DNA of 60,077 nucleotides, the filler included, from Perkinsus olseni (lineage: Eukaryota), in assembly GCA_013115125.1 (NCBI GenBank). It is 3 parts of 3 records of this genome, joined end to end, with 100 filler letters (N's around TTAATTAATTAA, not from the genome) between each part and the next. Parts side by side here need not be neighbours in the genome. Positions count along the whole stretch, not along the records: positions 1 to 20,000 come from JABANN010000588.1; positions 20,101 to 40,051 come from JABANN010000589.1; 1 more part is not named here. One strand, written 5' to 3'. The stretch's first letter is position 1, and each line of letters begins with the position of its first letter. Made by a program: the position numbers and the translations under genes. The notes below the pieces were generated by a model. That model saw only the letters and a list, made by a program, of their open reading frames with translations. It was not told the DNA's origin and ran no database searches. Positions 13,167 to 24,435 of this stretch are shown here, piece after piece.

Positions 13167-13566
13167 GAATTTTTTCTCTTACAACTCAGGTGAGGTCGAT
13201 CCTACAGTTTTCTAGGTGATGATTTCAGAACCTGTCCGGCCCACTGATAACGCCACCAAGATTAGTTGGGATATAGTTCGGGAAGTTCGGGATACATCTT
13301 ATGTTTGTGTGTGCAACAACTGGCCTACGTTCAAAGTGAGTGGACCATCATCGCGCGACACGCAGTACGGATACGACTGATAAAAAGGGTATTTCAAGTG
13401 AAAGCTGGAGCATAATACTCTACCACAGCAGATAGCGATATCAACACAGAAAGTAAAGATAAGAGTCGTTAAGATGAGGCCCGACGACCCGTCGTATGCG
13501 ACAGATACCCTCAGATTCTGAGTTCTGAGGCTCAGAACTTTGCTATTACAAAAGCGTCAATACTCT

Positions 13567-14997
13567 CTAACAAACGCCGACTGAACGAACCTTTTTGGGA
13601 GGAACAGTAGGTTTAGTTAAAGCGACTTCGACGCTCTTCGCAACGTTCAATCGACCGAAGTCGGCAATTTTATTGCCAGAAAGATCAGTCAGAGGGTCGA
13701 CGGGGGGCCAATAGCGAACTCCTGATATCACTGCCATTGAGACCAAGACCGTACAGAAGAGCGGCAGCACCGGCGACATGCGGACCGGCCATCGACGTAC
13801 CACTTTTCGAAGTATACCCATTATTGCGCTCAGTCACGAATACATGCTCCCCGGGGGCAGCGATGTCGACAAAAGGGGCATAGTTGCTGTGAGATGCGAG
13901 TTGAGCCAAACTGTTGCTAGAGGCAACACACAACATCTCGGCATCCTCGGTGTAAGCGCACGGGTACCGCTTATTGACGCTCATGTCCGAGCCATCGTTG
14001 CCTGCAATGGATATGATGAGATGACCTTGTTGAGCAGCTCTGGTGACTGCCACTTGAGCTGCCGAAGAGTAGCTAGATGTGGCGTAGGAATGAGATGACA
14101 AATCCGCTCCGTTTTCGACAGCATACTTCAAAGCTTTTATACCATTTGCGACACCACCACTACCATCGGAATCGAATGCTCTCACAGCCATGATTTTCAC
14201 CGGTGCAATATCCGCTATTCCGACTCCATCATTCGTGACGGCGCCCAATATACCGGCACAGGATGTGCCGTGGCCCTGAACATCGCTGACGTCACTATTG
14301 CCATTGGCGAAGTTATAACCGTGGGAGCAGTTCTCATATGCGAACATGTTACCAGTGAGATCCTTGTGGCGGTAGTCAACGCCCGTGTCAACGACGGCTA
14401 CGACGACCTCTCGCATTGAGCGGCCCTCCAGCGCCTCCCAGGCTTCATTCATGCCGGTTAACTCCAGGTTCCACTGCCTCTCGGAGAACTCATCATTTAC
14501 ATTGAGCTCGGCCAACGGCAGGGCTCGGACGGCTTCCTCAACCAAGCCGCCGTTCAGTTCCACGGCGAAGTTGGGCTCGCAGATAACTTCAAGCCCCAAA
14601 TTTTCACCAGCATCGGCCAAGTACTGACACAGCTCTTCTCGAGTAGATTCGCAGTCTACTGAGGCTGTGTTAATGACCTGCACTCCCACAGTGAACATGC
14701 TATCCACTGCTAGCTCGTTCGATAGGCAATCCACGACCGCCTCCTCGGTGGAGCTCAATCGTCTGGCGCCGAGGCGATCAGCCACCATGTCCGGTACCGA
14801 ACGTACGTCCACGAAGGATGAGATCGACACCGACTGTAATGAAGCTGGGGAAGATGAAACCGATTCGAGGAATGCTGAAGGGGGTGTCGAGGCTTTACTG
14901 ATGGATACAATCGTCCGGTCGTTGCCGACGACTCGTCGGCAACGTCTGCCTCCGAAATAACTAGGAGCGCCGAGACGAGGTAAAGTACTTGGAGAAT
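13567..14997 (-). pseudogene. Subtilisin-like serine protease (S8), intronless, apparently frameshifted
   Basis: The catalytic triad motifs VVDTG, HGTSCAG and GTSMAGP lie in ORF 13685-14830. A signal-peptide-like QVLYLVSALLVISEA and the C-terminal VDPLTDLSGNKIADFGRLNVAKSVE are in other frames. No in-frame ATG precedes the signal-like segment. Confidence 0.8.
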
Positions 14998-17900
14998 CTA
15001 ATGCTGGCAGATATCTTAAGACCGAAGACCCTAGGTTCGGGTCCAGATGTTCTATGTCCTAGCGTGCTCCCCCGAAATCACGGCAGCTGTCTCCATCGCT
15101 GTCTCTGGAAGACAGTCTCCCGGTGCTTTTTGCAGATCTCATAGCCTACGAACTCATTAACTCGTGTGTCGACCCAAAAAGTGATGCGGCCGAGATGTCC
15201 TACTCGTCGCCTGTCCGCACTGACCACTAGTAATTGTGTACCTTATTTGGCGAGTCAAGAAAGGAGCTTACTTCCTTTCAATAGTTTCGATTAAGGGCGC
15301 CAAGTTCGTACGTGAGAGTCATTAGTGTGACGAATCGCTGGTTGGGGCAGCGCACGGTACCGATTGGCCGAGGTTGTGTACTTCGTAGCTCCAGTTTTGG
15401 ACCAATGACGAAGTAGTTCTACCAAACATAAGAGAAGTACGACAGAGCTTCGCTCAGTCGTCCAGTAACGGAACAACCAGGGCCACTTCACGACCATATG
15501 AAAGGCCCTCAATTTCATGATTAAGGAAGTCCGTTTCGCCGAGAAGGACGTCCAATTGATGTCATCCATTTCGGGACTCAACTTGAGGCACGCCTGCGGT
15601 CTGTCTAAAGTCTATTTTCGGCCCGAAACAACTGTGCGGCAGTACAGCTTTCGTGACCAAAGTGACGTTACGTGAGCTTCCGTCCCTGAAAACTTGGAAC
15701 CCAGGGAAATACGGATATTTCAATGGCGAGCTCGAGTCCGGCAGGCTCATAAAAATGCAGGACCTGCATTGCAGGTCCGTCCAAGTTAATCTCGTGAAGA
15801 GTGTGGAGCTCTTCAGCTCGTTAGCAGCGGATTTTTGCCTCCGACCATTCGTCCAGGTGATCCCGAACGTTGTTGAGACCTTCTGTCAGACACAGACACA
15901 GACACGGTCTCACACCAAGAGGTACAGGTTCAACATCTCGGCCTTTGCTGCGCGGGTTGTCCGAAAGGTGATCGGCAGAACAGAACTTCTGGTCCAGAAG
16001 GAGGTAATACCGTTCTCGTCTGCTCTCTCGGGCCACCCAAGTTATAAAACGCTCGAGTATAAAACGCCTTTAACACTTGTCGAGAAGCCTTGGACGACCA
16101 ATAGTTCTCAATAATACTGAGTCAATATGTGAATCTCATGCCCGGCAAGAGATGAAAGTGCGGGAGGCCAAACTCACTCAGCCAAATATGGTCAACGAGA
16201 TACCCTGGTTAAGGTAGAGACTGACGCGCTACACGGCCATCTCGTGCGGATACCACCACGAATTGCGTGGTGTTCTTCGTTGGACATGTCACGGACTCGC
16301 GTGGCACGCAAGTGATGAGGAGTTTTTTGCCTCTATTTTGTCACTTGCTCATCAAGTACGAGCATGGTGAGGCCGAGGACTTCCTCTATGCGCTGTACAT
16401 GCAAGGGGATTCCGTGCCTGGGGATGCTGCTCACATTCGGGCGCTACTCAGATAGCGTTCGGGACACAACCAGTGTGAGTGCCGCGTTAGAGGTTACGCG
16501 TTCGACGTGAACGCCCTCATGAAATACACGCTGGCCCCTCGGACGCTTCGACTACCTACCGATCGCAGCGGACTCAGGTAATCATCAAGCCTCCTGTAAC
16601 AGGAGTCCTGTTGTGGAACAATCCCGTAGAAACGCTTTCTATGCGATCGCTCAACAACAGGTGTCTAAGAAACTGCTCATCAAGAGATGAGTCACATTGT
16701 AGATGCTTCGAGGGATGTCATCGCTGCGATGAAGATATAATCGACGGAGGTGTAGCTGAGGATAGAAGCGGTTCGTCTCAGACGAACGAGAGGCCATAAG
16801 CTACATTGCCAGTGTCACCCTGGTAATGAGTGGAACATTCCTTCAGAAGCGAGGCTCGAGGTACTTTGACTGTGTTACTGTCTGTAAGCTGTAAAACTAA
16901 GCTGCACGGAAACCCAATCGTCAAATACGGCTTCTCCAGTTCAGAGAGTGCCTTGTATTGCCAGCAGAAACAATTAAGAGATACATATAGTAGCAGCAAG
17001 GACCGGCCCGCAGCTAACGGCAGCTGCGCTCTCTTCGTTGACAGCACCGCGCTCGGAAGATTCATTCGTACGACTGATTTCCGTGCATATTGGTATGGCT
17101 ACAGGCTGTAACCGAACCCAGGCGATATGTTTGTTACACGTTGTGAGTACTAGCCTCTACCCTTGGTACCCGCAGTAGTGAATGTCGACACTCATCACCA
17201 CAGCTCAACACAAAGTTACGGAACACACCTAGCCTTCCACCGGACTACAACGACTTAGAATAGCACCTGGCCAGGCTAAGATACTAGTTCAAAAACACGA
17301 AAGTACACGCCAACAAAATATCATCACATAATCAGGCATCGAGACTGCCAGTGTGGTAGGCAATGGTACTAGGAACCTACTGAACAGCAGGATCGCCATG
17401 GAGTGGTGACGTTGAGCGCGAGTGCTCATAGAGAGGTGAGCCGCAAATATTGCGAACGCGAAGGGGACCTTCACGCAAGTAAATGGTCGAGTGACGCGCT
17501 CGAGAGAAAAGAGATATGTGGATCTATCAACTCCGTCGAAGGTAGTCGCGCCCTCAGGAATCTTCGGGGAAGAAGTCACTGGCATCTGATCGATGGAGAA
17601 TAGAGCTACCGACGATTCAATTCAAGTCCTACCGCCACCATTCTTAGCTTTAAGCGGTATAGCTAAGACTCCGCCTCGAGGAAAGCTGCCAACCGGGCAC
17701 TCTAGCGTCCACACGCCGGTAAGGCACTCGTAGTAGTACTGGAACTGAACCATAATGGAGTGAAGATGAATATCCAGGCGTTATCGCAGAGTGTGTGCAT
17801 CGGATCTCACCTCGCCGGCCGTCAGCCTTTGCCATATCTGCGCGTGGGTCCACCTTCCCGCCCTCACACGAGACTTGTGAATGTCGCTCTGGAAATGATT

Positions 17901-18332
17901 TTTCCAACTCTGCCAGGAAGGGAGGGACGACTCGCACAGTACGCAGGTCTGAAAATGGGCCCGCGGCAGCGCGCTACGGCGTCCGGCATTAGGCGGAGTT
18001 CAAGGGAGAAAATTTCTGCTCCTCTTAGCGATCGAGCACTGAACAATACCGCCTTGAAAGTGTTCCAACTTGCCATGAGCCACTACGCGTGCCGATCTAG
18101 GGCAGCTTACGATGTTATCATCGTTATGGGCTGGTGCGGATTCGAACGGCTGAGGATCATCCCGGAGAGGGTCGATGACACTGGTAGCGATCAGCGTTCC
18201 CGTGCCTGAAGGACACCAAACATTTCCGAGTATCTTCTCGACGAAAGCATGCTACTCGAGAAGAACTGATGCGCACATTGCTGGTCGAAGTCCTCGAGCT
18301 CTCCCTGCGATGTCTCAGGGTGAACATCGGAT

Positions 18333-18815
18333 TCATTCGCCTTGCTGTCTGCCGATGATGTAGCGATTCCTGGATGATAAAACTTGGTACTTTGGTACGG
18401 TCGAATGTGGAGGCTCACGGCTGTTCTGTCGCTGCCATCCTCCCATGTTGACTCTCTTGCTGTGATTCTTGCCATTCATGTGAGTCAGAAAGTGGTAGTC
18501 GCTCCACACCGTCACCTGATGGCCTACAGGAATACTGGAAGCTAAGTGGACAAGGAACCAAAGTGCAGGAACCGCTTCATACGCCTGCAGCGGACGCGGG
18601 AGTGGTGATGCAGATCTAAACAGACAAGTGAAACCCTCATGGTATCAATGGTGAGACTAGGAAAACATCTGATCTGGGCGGACGCCAGCAGAATAACCGG
18701 TTCGTTAGACAACTTGTCGTCATCTCACCTCACACAGGGTGCACACCCACGAGCCTTCCACAGTCGGGCCCGCGTAGAAACCTAGCTTGGCTACATCCGC
18801 TGATGCAATCGTCAT
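18333..18815 (-). CDS. 89-aa U1/matrin-type C2H2 zinc-finger protein (exons 18729-18815, 18333-18515)
   Basis: A GT-AG intron at 18516-18728 joins WVCTLCE to VTVWSDYHFLTHMNGKNHSKR in frame, giving C-x2-C-x12-H-x5-H. Confidence 0.8.
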
Positions 18816-19926
18816 TCGCCTTGGCAATTGGAAACAAGCAACTACCAAACACCTCTGTGACGCACCACCATATGCCGTGTGAAGACATTTCCCATTGCGA
18901 GAACGCATGTAGCGAAAACGTAGTGGGGAGGAAGTCCTATTAGGCTAAGCTCACACAGTACGCTTTACGCAACCAGCAGAGGGGAGCACGCCAGCTTTCT
19001 AGTCATAACAGCATTCTCATGTAACCCTGAGTGCATACGCGTAGCTAGGCTTGCTCGCAGAGAATAATTTCCCGTGATGAAATACTTTAGAGGGAAACAC
19101 TTGTCGCTTGGTTCGAATCGCGCGCAGCTGTGTGACTATCCTCATGATACTTGTGCACGTATGATGCGCAAGAGCTTCTTCGAGGAGGCCATTCGGCGTC
19201 GGGAAGCCGTCCAGGGCGAGTTGCTGCTCAGAGTAACTTCCGTCCTGTGAAGCCAGCTAGTAGCGTTTACCGGAAGTGTCGTTCGAATGTGCTTATGATA
19301 GCAGAACTTTGCTGGGCTTCAGAAGAAGTCATTCACGATAGGCTCCCTACTCGGGTTGCAGTCGTTTCACGTCAGGAGTCTCGACGAGGAAGACACAGCT
19401 CTGCTCAGATGTGACGCACGATACGCGAGGGAATCTTCAGGGCGCCTCGTGTTAGACTTTTGCTATTCCTTACTCTTGATTGATACTGAAACGCGACACG
19501 GAGTGACTTCTCAACGGTAATGAACTAACGTTGTTTCTACTGAATTTGGTCTCAGTTCACGCGTGGCTCCAGCGGCTCAGCACTATGTGAAACCCAGCGC
19601 CCTCAAATCCACGTTCCATCGCGGCCGGGCTCCAACGGGCTCATCTCCTGTTCTCTATCTGACGAAGGAAACTCGACCGGGCCGAGAGGTGTCAGAGAGT
19701 CGTGCCAAGTCAGCACTGCCGACCTAGCTCGTGATCCGGATTGCAGTAAGCATTCTTCACCAGTGGTTCCACGTAGACATCCCCATTAAAGTCATCAAAC
19801 GGCGGCTCAATAGTCCAGATACCAGTAAGGTGCTCGTAATAGTAGGGGAACTGAAGACGCACAAAAGAAAGCCTCTGCACGCAGCCAGGACAGGCCGCAT
19901 AACAAAGCACGCGCCCTTCGGCCATA

Positions 19927-19931
<5 letters not shown>

Positions 19932-20000
<69 letters not shown>
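19932..20000 (+). repeat. (CAA)23 microsatellite at the contig end
   Basis: Perfect CAA repeat following ccataataaa and running into the N gap. Confidence 0.97.
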
Positions 20001-20100
20001 NNNNNNNNNNNNNNNNNNNNNNNNNNNNNNNNNNNNNNNNNNNNTTAATTAATTAANNNNNNNNNNNNNNNNNNNNNNNNNNNNNNNNNNNNNNNNNNNN
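20001..20100. other. Artificial contig linker N44-TTAATTAATTAA-N44
   Basis: A six-frame stop spacer flanked by 44 N on each side, identical to the one at 40052-40151. Confidence 0.97.
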
Positions 20101-20171
20101 GGTTCTACCGGGATTTGAACCCAGATCGCCAGATTCAGAGTCTGGAGTGCTAACCGTTACACCATAGAACC
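20101..20171 (-). tRNA. tRNA-Gln(CTG)
   Basis: Reverse complement GGTTCTATGGTGTAACGGTTAGCACTCCAGACTCTGAATCTGGCGATCTGGGTTCAAATCCCGGTAGAACC forms a full cloverleaf with anticodon CTG. The discriminator base is cut off by the contig end. Confidence 0.96.
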
Positions 20172-22462
20172 GTCCACAAGGTAGTCCAGGATGGTACCCC
20201 GATCCAGTTGTGCCCAACAACTCCGCTCCGCCGTACATCTATGTGCATGCGTGCACAGCGTAAAATCGATCAAGGCTGCGCGAGCGAGAGTCACTCCAAT
20301 ACAAAACCATAGAATCGGCTCTCTCACGGGCTGAAACAATGTTGTAAAGCGTTCAGTATCCCGTCGTGCCCTATGATGTAGTCGTAGGAAGACACGCCCG
20401 TTTGTCGACGCGATATGAGCTAGTCCCCATCGTCGCCCGTTGTTCCCGCCTGTGGGTCCCACGTTGAAGATAGGGGAGTCAACCCAATTAGGTTGAGCCG
20501 AATTCGCATACTCGGTGATGGATCTCATCGGGTCAATGCTTGTCGCTCGGTAGAAAGAATCAAATCGGAATTAAACGGTATCTCTCTCGCTCTACCGAAT
20601 TGGTACCACCTGTCTTTCGATACAATCTACTCAGTACTGTCAAGTCAGAGAGACTCTACCAGGTCGCATTCATTGAAACGACTCCAGAGGTCCTGAGTTG
20701 AATTCTGAAATGCTAGGGCCTTTAGGCCCCGCTTAAACGACCCGATGGGGATTCAGGCAGATGTTTTCGTTCTCGGTTATGATCAGCGTACTTAATATCA
20801 GTACTACTACCGCCAATGCGTACTTATTAAGATCATCCACGTATGATATATACGTGTCACAGGGGGAGTGATAACTTTTTAACACGACCGATGCATAACT
20901 TGAAGCGAAAGTTTAATTACTCGTGATCACTCTCGATGTCGGCGGTAGTAATTCAATTTGGCTATAAGAGATTCTTCTTCTTTCAATAAAGACGGCAAGT
21001 CCGATATCGCCTGATTAACAACAACTCACAGTCGTAGCTTTCGAGGGCCTAACCTTCAACACCCTCGAGTGGACGTCCCTCATGCCCAGCACACAATCGC
21101 TCAAAGCCTGGGATGTCTCACAGCATCGGGGGCAGCCTACATACACTGAGCCCGAACAAGGCAATTGTCTTACCACCCTACCAGCCCTAAGAAGGCTATT
21201 CTCCTTCTGTAGGGAGGCTATGGTTTTGTCGCGCTCTCGGAGCTGATGAGAGGCTTTCGTTGATGATGCACCAACGTTGTATACTCACCATCACTTGCAG
21301 CCTTTCGACTTCTAGTGGCTCAACGCCCAAGTTGCCGGTGCTACCCGACCGTTTCAGTAGGGACGGAGCTGGCCTTGGTGGGGACCGATGGCGAAGTCTG
21401 ATACGCCACCGGTGATCATTAGACGAAAAAAACATCTGCCTTCTCACCCTCTGGTCAACTTTGGAGGCACCGACTTCGATGGCACGGGGCTTGGCAGCAG
21501 TTCTAAGATACTTCCCTCGGAAGGTTGCTCGACATCCCTAGACGTGCCTGATGCGTCCGCCTAGCCTCACTGGATTCGGCCACGGTGGGTGATACATCTT
21601 CTGGCTCGGAGGAGCAGACGGGAAGGCGACGGAGTCCGATGCTCTGTCGAATGGGAGACTCTGTCCTGCACCTCAGCCAACATATGCTTCAGCGTATCTA
21701 TCATGCATCGACCTTGGATACTTTCACTGGGTCAGGTGGACAACCATTAAAAGATTCCAGTGTCGCCTCATCCTCCGCCGTGACAGTACGGCCTTTATTG
21801 AGGACATGCTGGAAGTGCTGCAACCTAGTTCGATGCCTCGTGAAGGCGCTGATGTCGGGAGGCGGTACCACACCCTGACCAAATCAGAAGGAGCCCCGAC
21901 AAGACCAGCTGTCGTTACTTCGACCAACTCGCCGTCGACTGGGGCGGTGAGGATGCGATGTTGAAACTGACCAGGGAAAGGGCGTTAGTTGGGCCGATCT
22001 CAAGGCTGGCTACTTTGAGTCGTTCCAGCACCTCCCGGCACGAGTTCATATCGAGAACTCGGGATGAGTTGGTAGTAGGCCAATGATCACCGAAAGGAGT
22101 GGTAGGGAAGGCTCCTCGGGCTCGCGGCGGAGTGAAGGCCTCCGTCTGCTGCTGCTGTTGGGTGTGGCGGGGTGAGTAGTTGGTAGAAGACATTGTACGA
22201 TGGTAATTGACGGTAGACAGCAACTACCGTCAGCAAAGCTCACCACAGGCTTGTAATACCACACCAAACGATACTCTCAGAAACTTGAGCATCAAATTCT
22301 AGTGTAGCTCCCTTCCAAGACTGCTGCGTCTACTCGCTGCTGCTTTAGAGTAGTCAATAGTCGACCGAGTAAGCAGCCAAGAACGAAGGTCGTGATGGTC
22401 CACAGCCAGAAAAATCGCCCCCTGAGCGGAGCGATACGCCCGTGCCTCGACTAAGAACCCGC

Positions 22463-24288
22463 CTACTGGGAAGGGCCGGGAGGCCTAGGACTGATGGCGC
22501 TGTCCTCCAGGTCAGCTACCTCCTGACAACGTCGTTGGCGGTATGCCTCACTCGCCAGGACGGGGTCGGAGGCGATGAAGCCGTCTAGAACGGACAACGG
22601 GCACAGAGGGGATGCTGGCGGGCACCTGTCGAGGGGGAGTAGGGCCCGAGGAGGGACACGGGGCATACCCTGGGAAGTGGACGATCTTGTGGTTCCTCAG
22701 TATGCGGAAGAAGCGACGACCCTCCTCCGATTCGTAGGTCTCTACGGACACAGTCTCGCCGTAGTGGGGCCAATGACCGTCCCACAACTGCCATGAGATG
22801 GTTCTACACCATTGCCCGTGCAAGTTCGACGCATGTCAAACTTGTTAACACCAAGAATGTCATTGTGAAGTCCAAGTTTGACGAAGGTAAAATACCACAT
22901 GCAAGAAGGACAGTATCACAACCAAGTTTGACGATAGACGGGCAAGATTGACAAGTGCTGAATCACGTGTACAACTTCACAGTGGCCTCCCTCACCCCGC
23001 CCAGAGCCTGCAGAAGGCAAGCCACTGTTGTGTCATGCGTCCCTATCACATACAGTTTTTCGTTGGACCGTGCTCGACTGAGGAGGCCTCGGACCACCTG
23101 CATGAGAAGCGGTGCTGGGGTAACAGTGCCACATCTCACAGGAGCCACTCGGAGGCTGCATTTTTCGACGGCATCTTGGGGAGTCCAGGAAGGGTCATCA
23201 TCAGCCACGCTGAAACCCTTGAACCCATACTCGACGAAGCGTCGCTCCGCCCGCAGATTCGTCACGCAATCAAAGAGGGATGGTGTGACTGTAACCCCGG
23301 GAGGGTAGGTGGAGGTGGAGCAATACTGGCTCAGGAAACAGTCGTTGGCCGCGGAAAGGTCGAATTTCACCGGACCTGAGGGCCGACCTCGGATACGCGA
23401 CGGCAATGGGAGAGCTCCTTCTCACCGACGAGTTGGGTGTATAAGTTGGCGCAGGAGTGGTACGAGTCCGAGTGGGACTGCGTCCGGACGAACCTGCCTG
23501 TGTTGAACCTGAGCAGCCAGCCCCTAGTGTGGCAGTCCCCCCTAGCAACACTCGCCTTCCCTCCAGAGCCTTCACCCGCGGACAGTCCCGATAGTTAAGA
23601 CCCAGGGCGTCCTCAGCGTTGTCCTGCACTCTCACATCAAGCGTTTTTGGCAACTCATCTTGTGGACGGAGGAAGGCTGATAGCAAATAGTAGCTGAGAA
23701 TAGCCACGACATTCCGGTTGCTTCAGACACGTCGTACAGAGATCCCAGCGTTCTGCTCTTGTCGGTGGAGATGAGCTCCAAGCTGACCACTTCGCCGAGG
23801 GAAGCCCCATCAGGAAGGTAAGCGTCTCGCAGCCAGTGGGCGACTCTGGCCATCTGGTCCTTGGCACCATTCAGGAGCTGTCCCGTCTCGCATGTCTCCC
23901 TCCCTTCAGAATCCACAAACACTTTCCGAAGTTTCAAGCCCGAAACCGCCGCCACCTCGTCGATGGCATAATCGACGTGCACTCTTTTGCAGTCCTTGGT
24001 GTAGTTGACTTGCAGGCCTTTAGGGAAGCAGTTATGATGGGTGTACTCATCTCGTTGGGCATGGCGCACGTACACCTGGACCGAGGTCAGCCGTACCTTG
24101 CTGGTGATGTTGTTGAGCTTAGGATAGGGCTGCAGGGGGCGACGGAAGCAGTAGTCGTCGTCCTCGGCGATGCTGAGGGGTGAGTGTGGGAAGGCTTCTG
24201 ATGGACTGAGGCCTTGCAGCACCCACACGACCCACGGCCACGTCGTCATCAACACTATCAAAAAGCTACAGCCGCCCTGGGTGGGCAT
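22463..24288 (-). CDS. Secreted histidine acid phosphatase (branch 2), multi-exon
   Basis: Hydrophobic N-terminus; VQVYVRHAQRD (RHGxRxP variant); GQLLNGAKDQMARVAHWLRDAY; STDKSRTLGS; GTHDTTV (HD motif); WPHYGETVSVETY. Confidence 0.85.
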
Positions 24289-24435
24289 TGGCAGTCGATA
24301 CAGTAGGCGGTCCGCCGAAGAGGATGGGCTTGGGTGAGACCATCGCCGCCACCGCCACCTGGTTGACACTGCATGGAACACAAGAGACGAGACACAGGAC
24401 ATTCGAGCAATGAAACTTCAATCAATCAAAGTTAG

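Noticed and set aside
19655-19700. CTGACGA...GAAAC as a hammerhead ribozyme core (also ctgatag..gaaac at about 51320 and ctgatgag at about 53764)
   Set aside because: There is no room for stem II, or no matching GAAA and stems I/III.
19710-20238. Poly-Gln/poly-Leu ORFs and ORFs running into X residues
   Set aside because: They are translations of the (CAA)n microsatellite, the N linker and the tRNA-Gln gene.
22463-24288. Phosphatase next to phnW as a PhnX phosphonatase
   Set aside because: PhnX is a HAD-family enzyme. This protein has RH/HD histidine-phosphatase motifs and a signal-like N-terminus.
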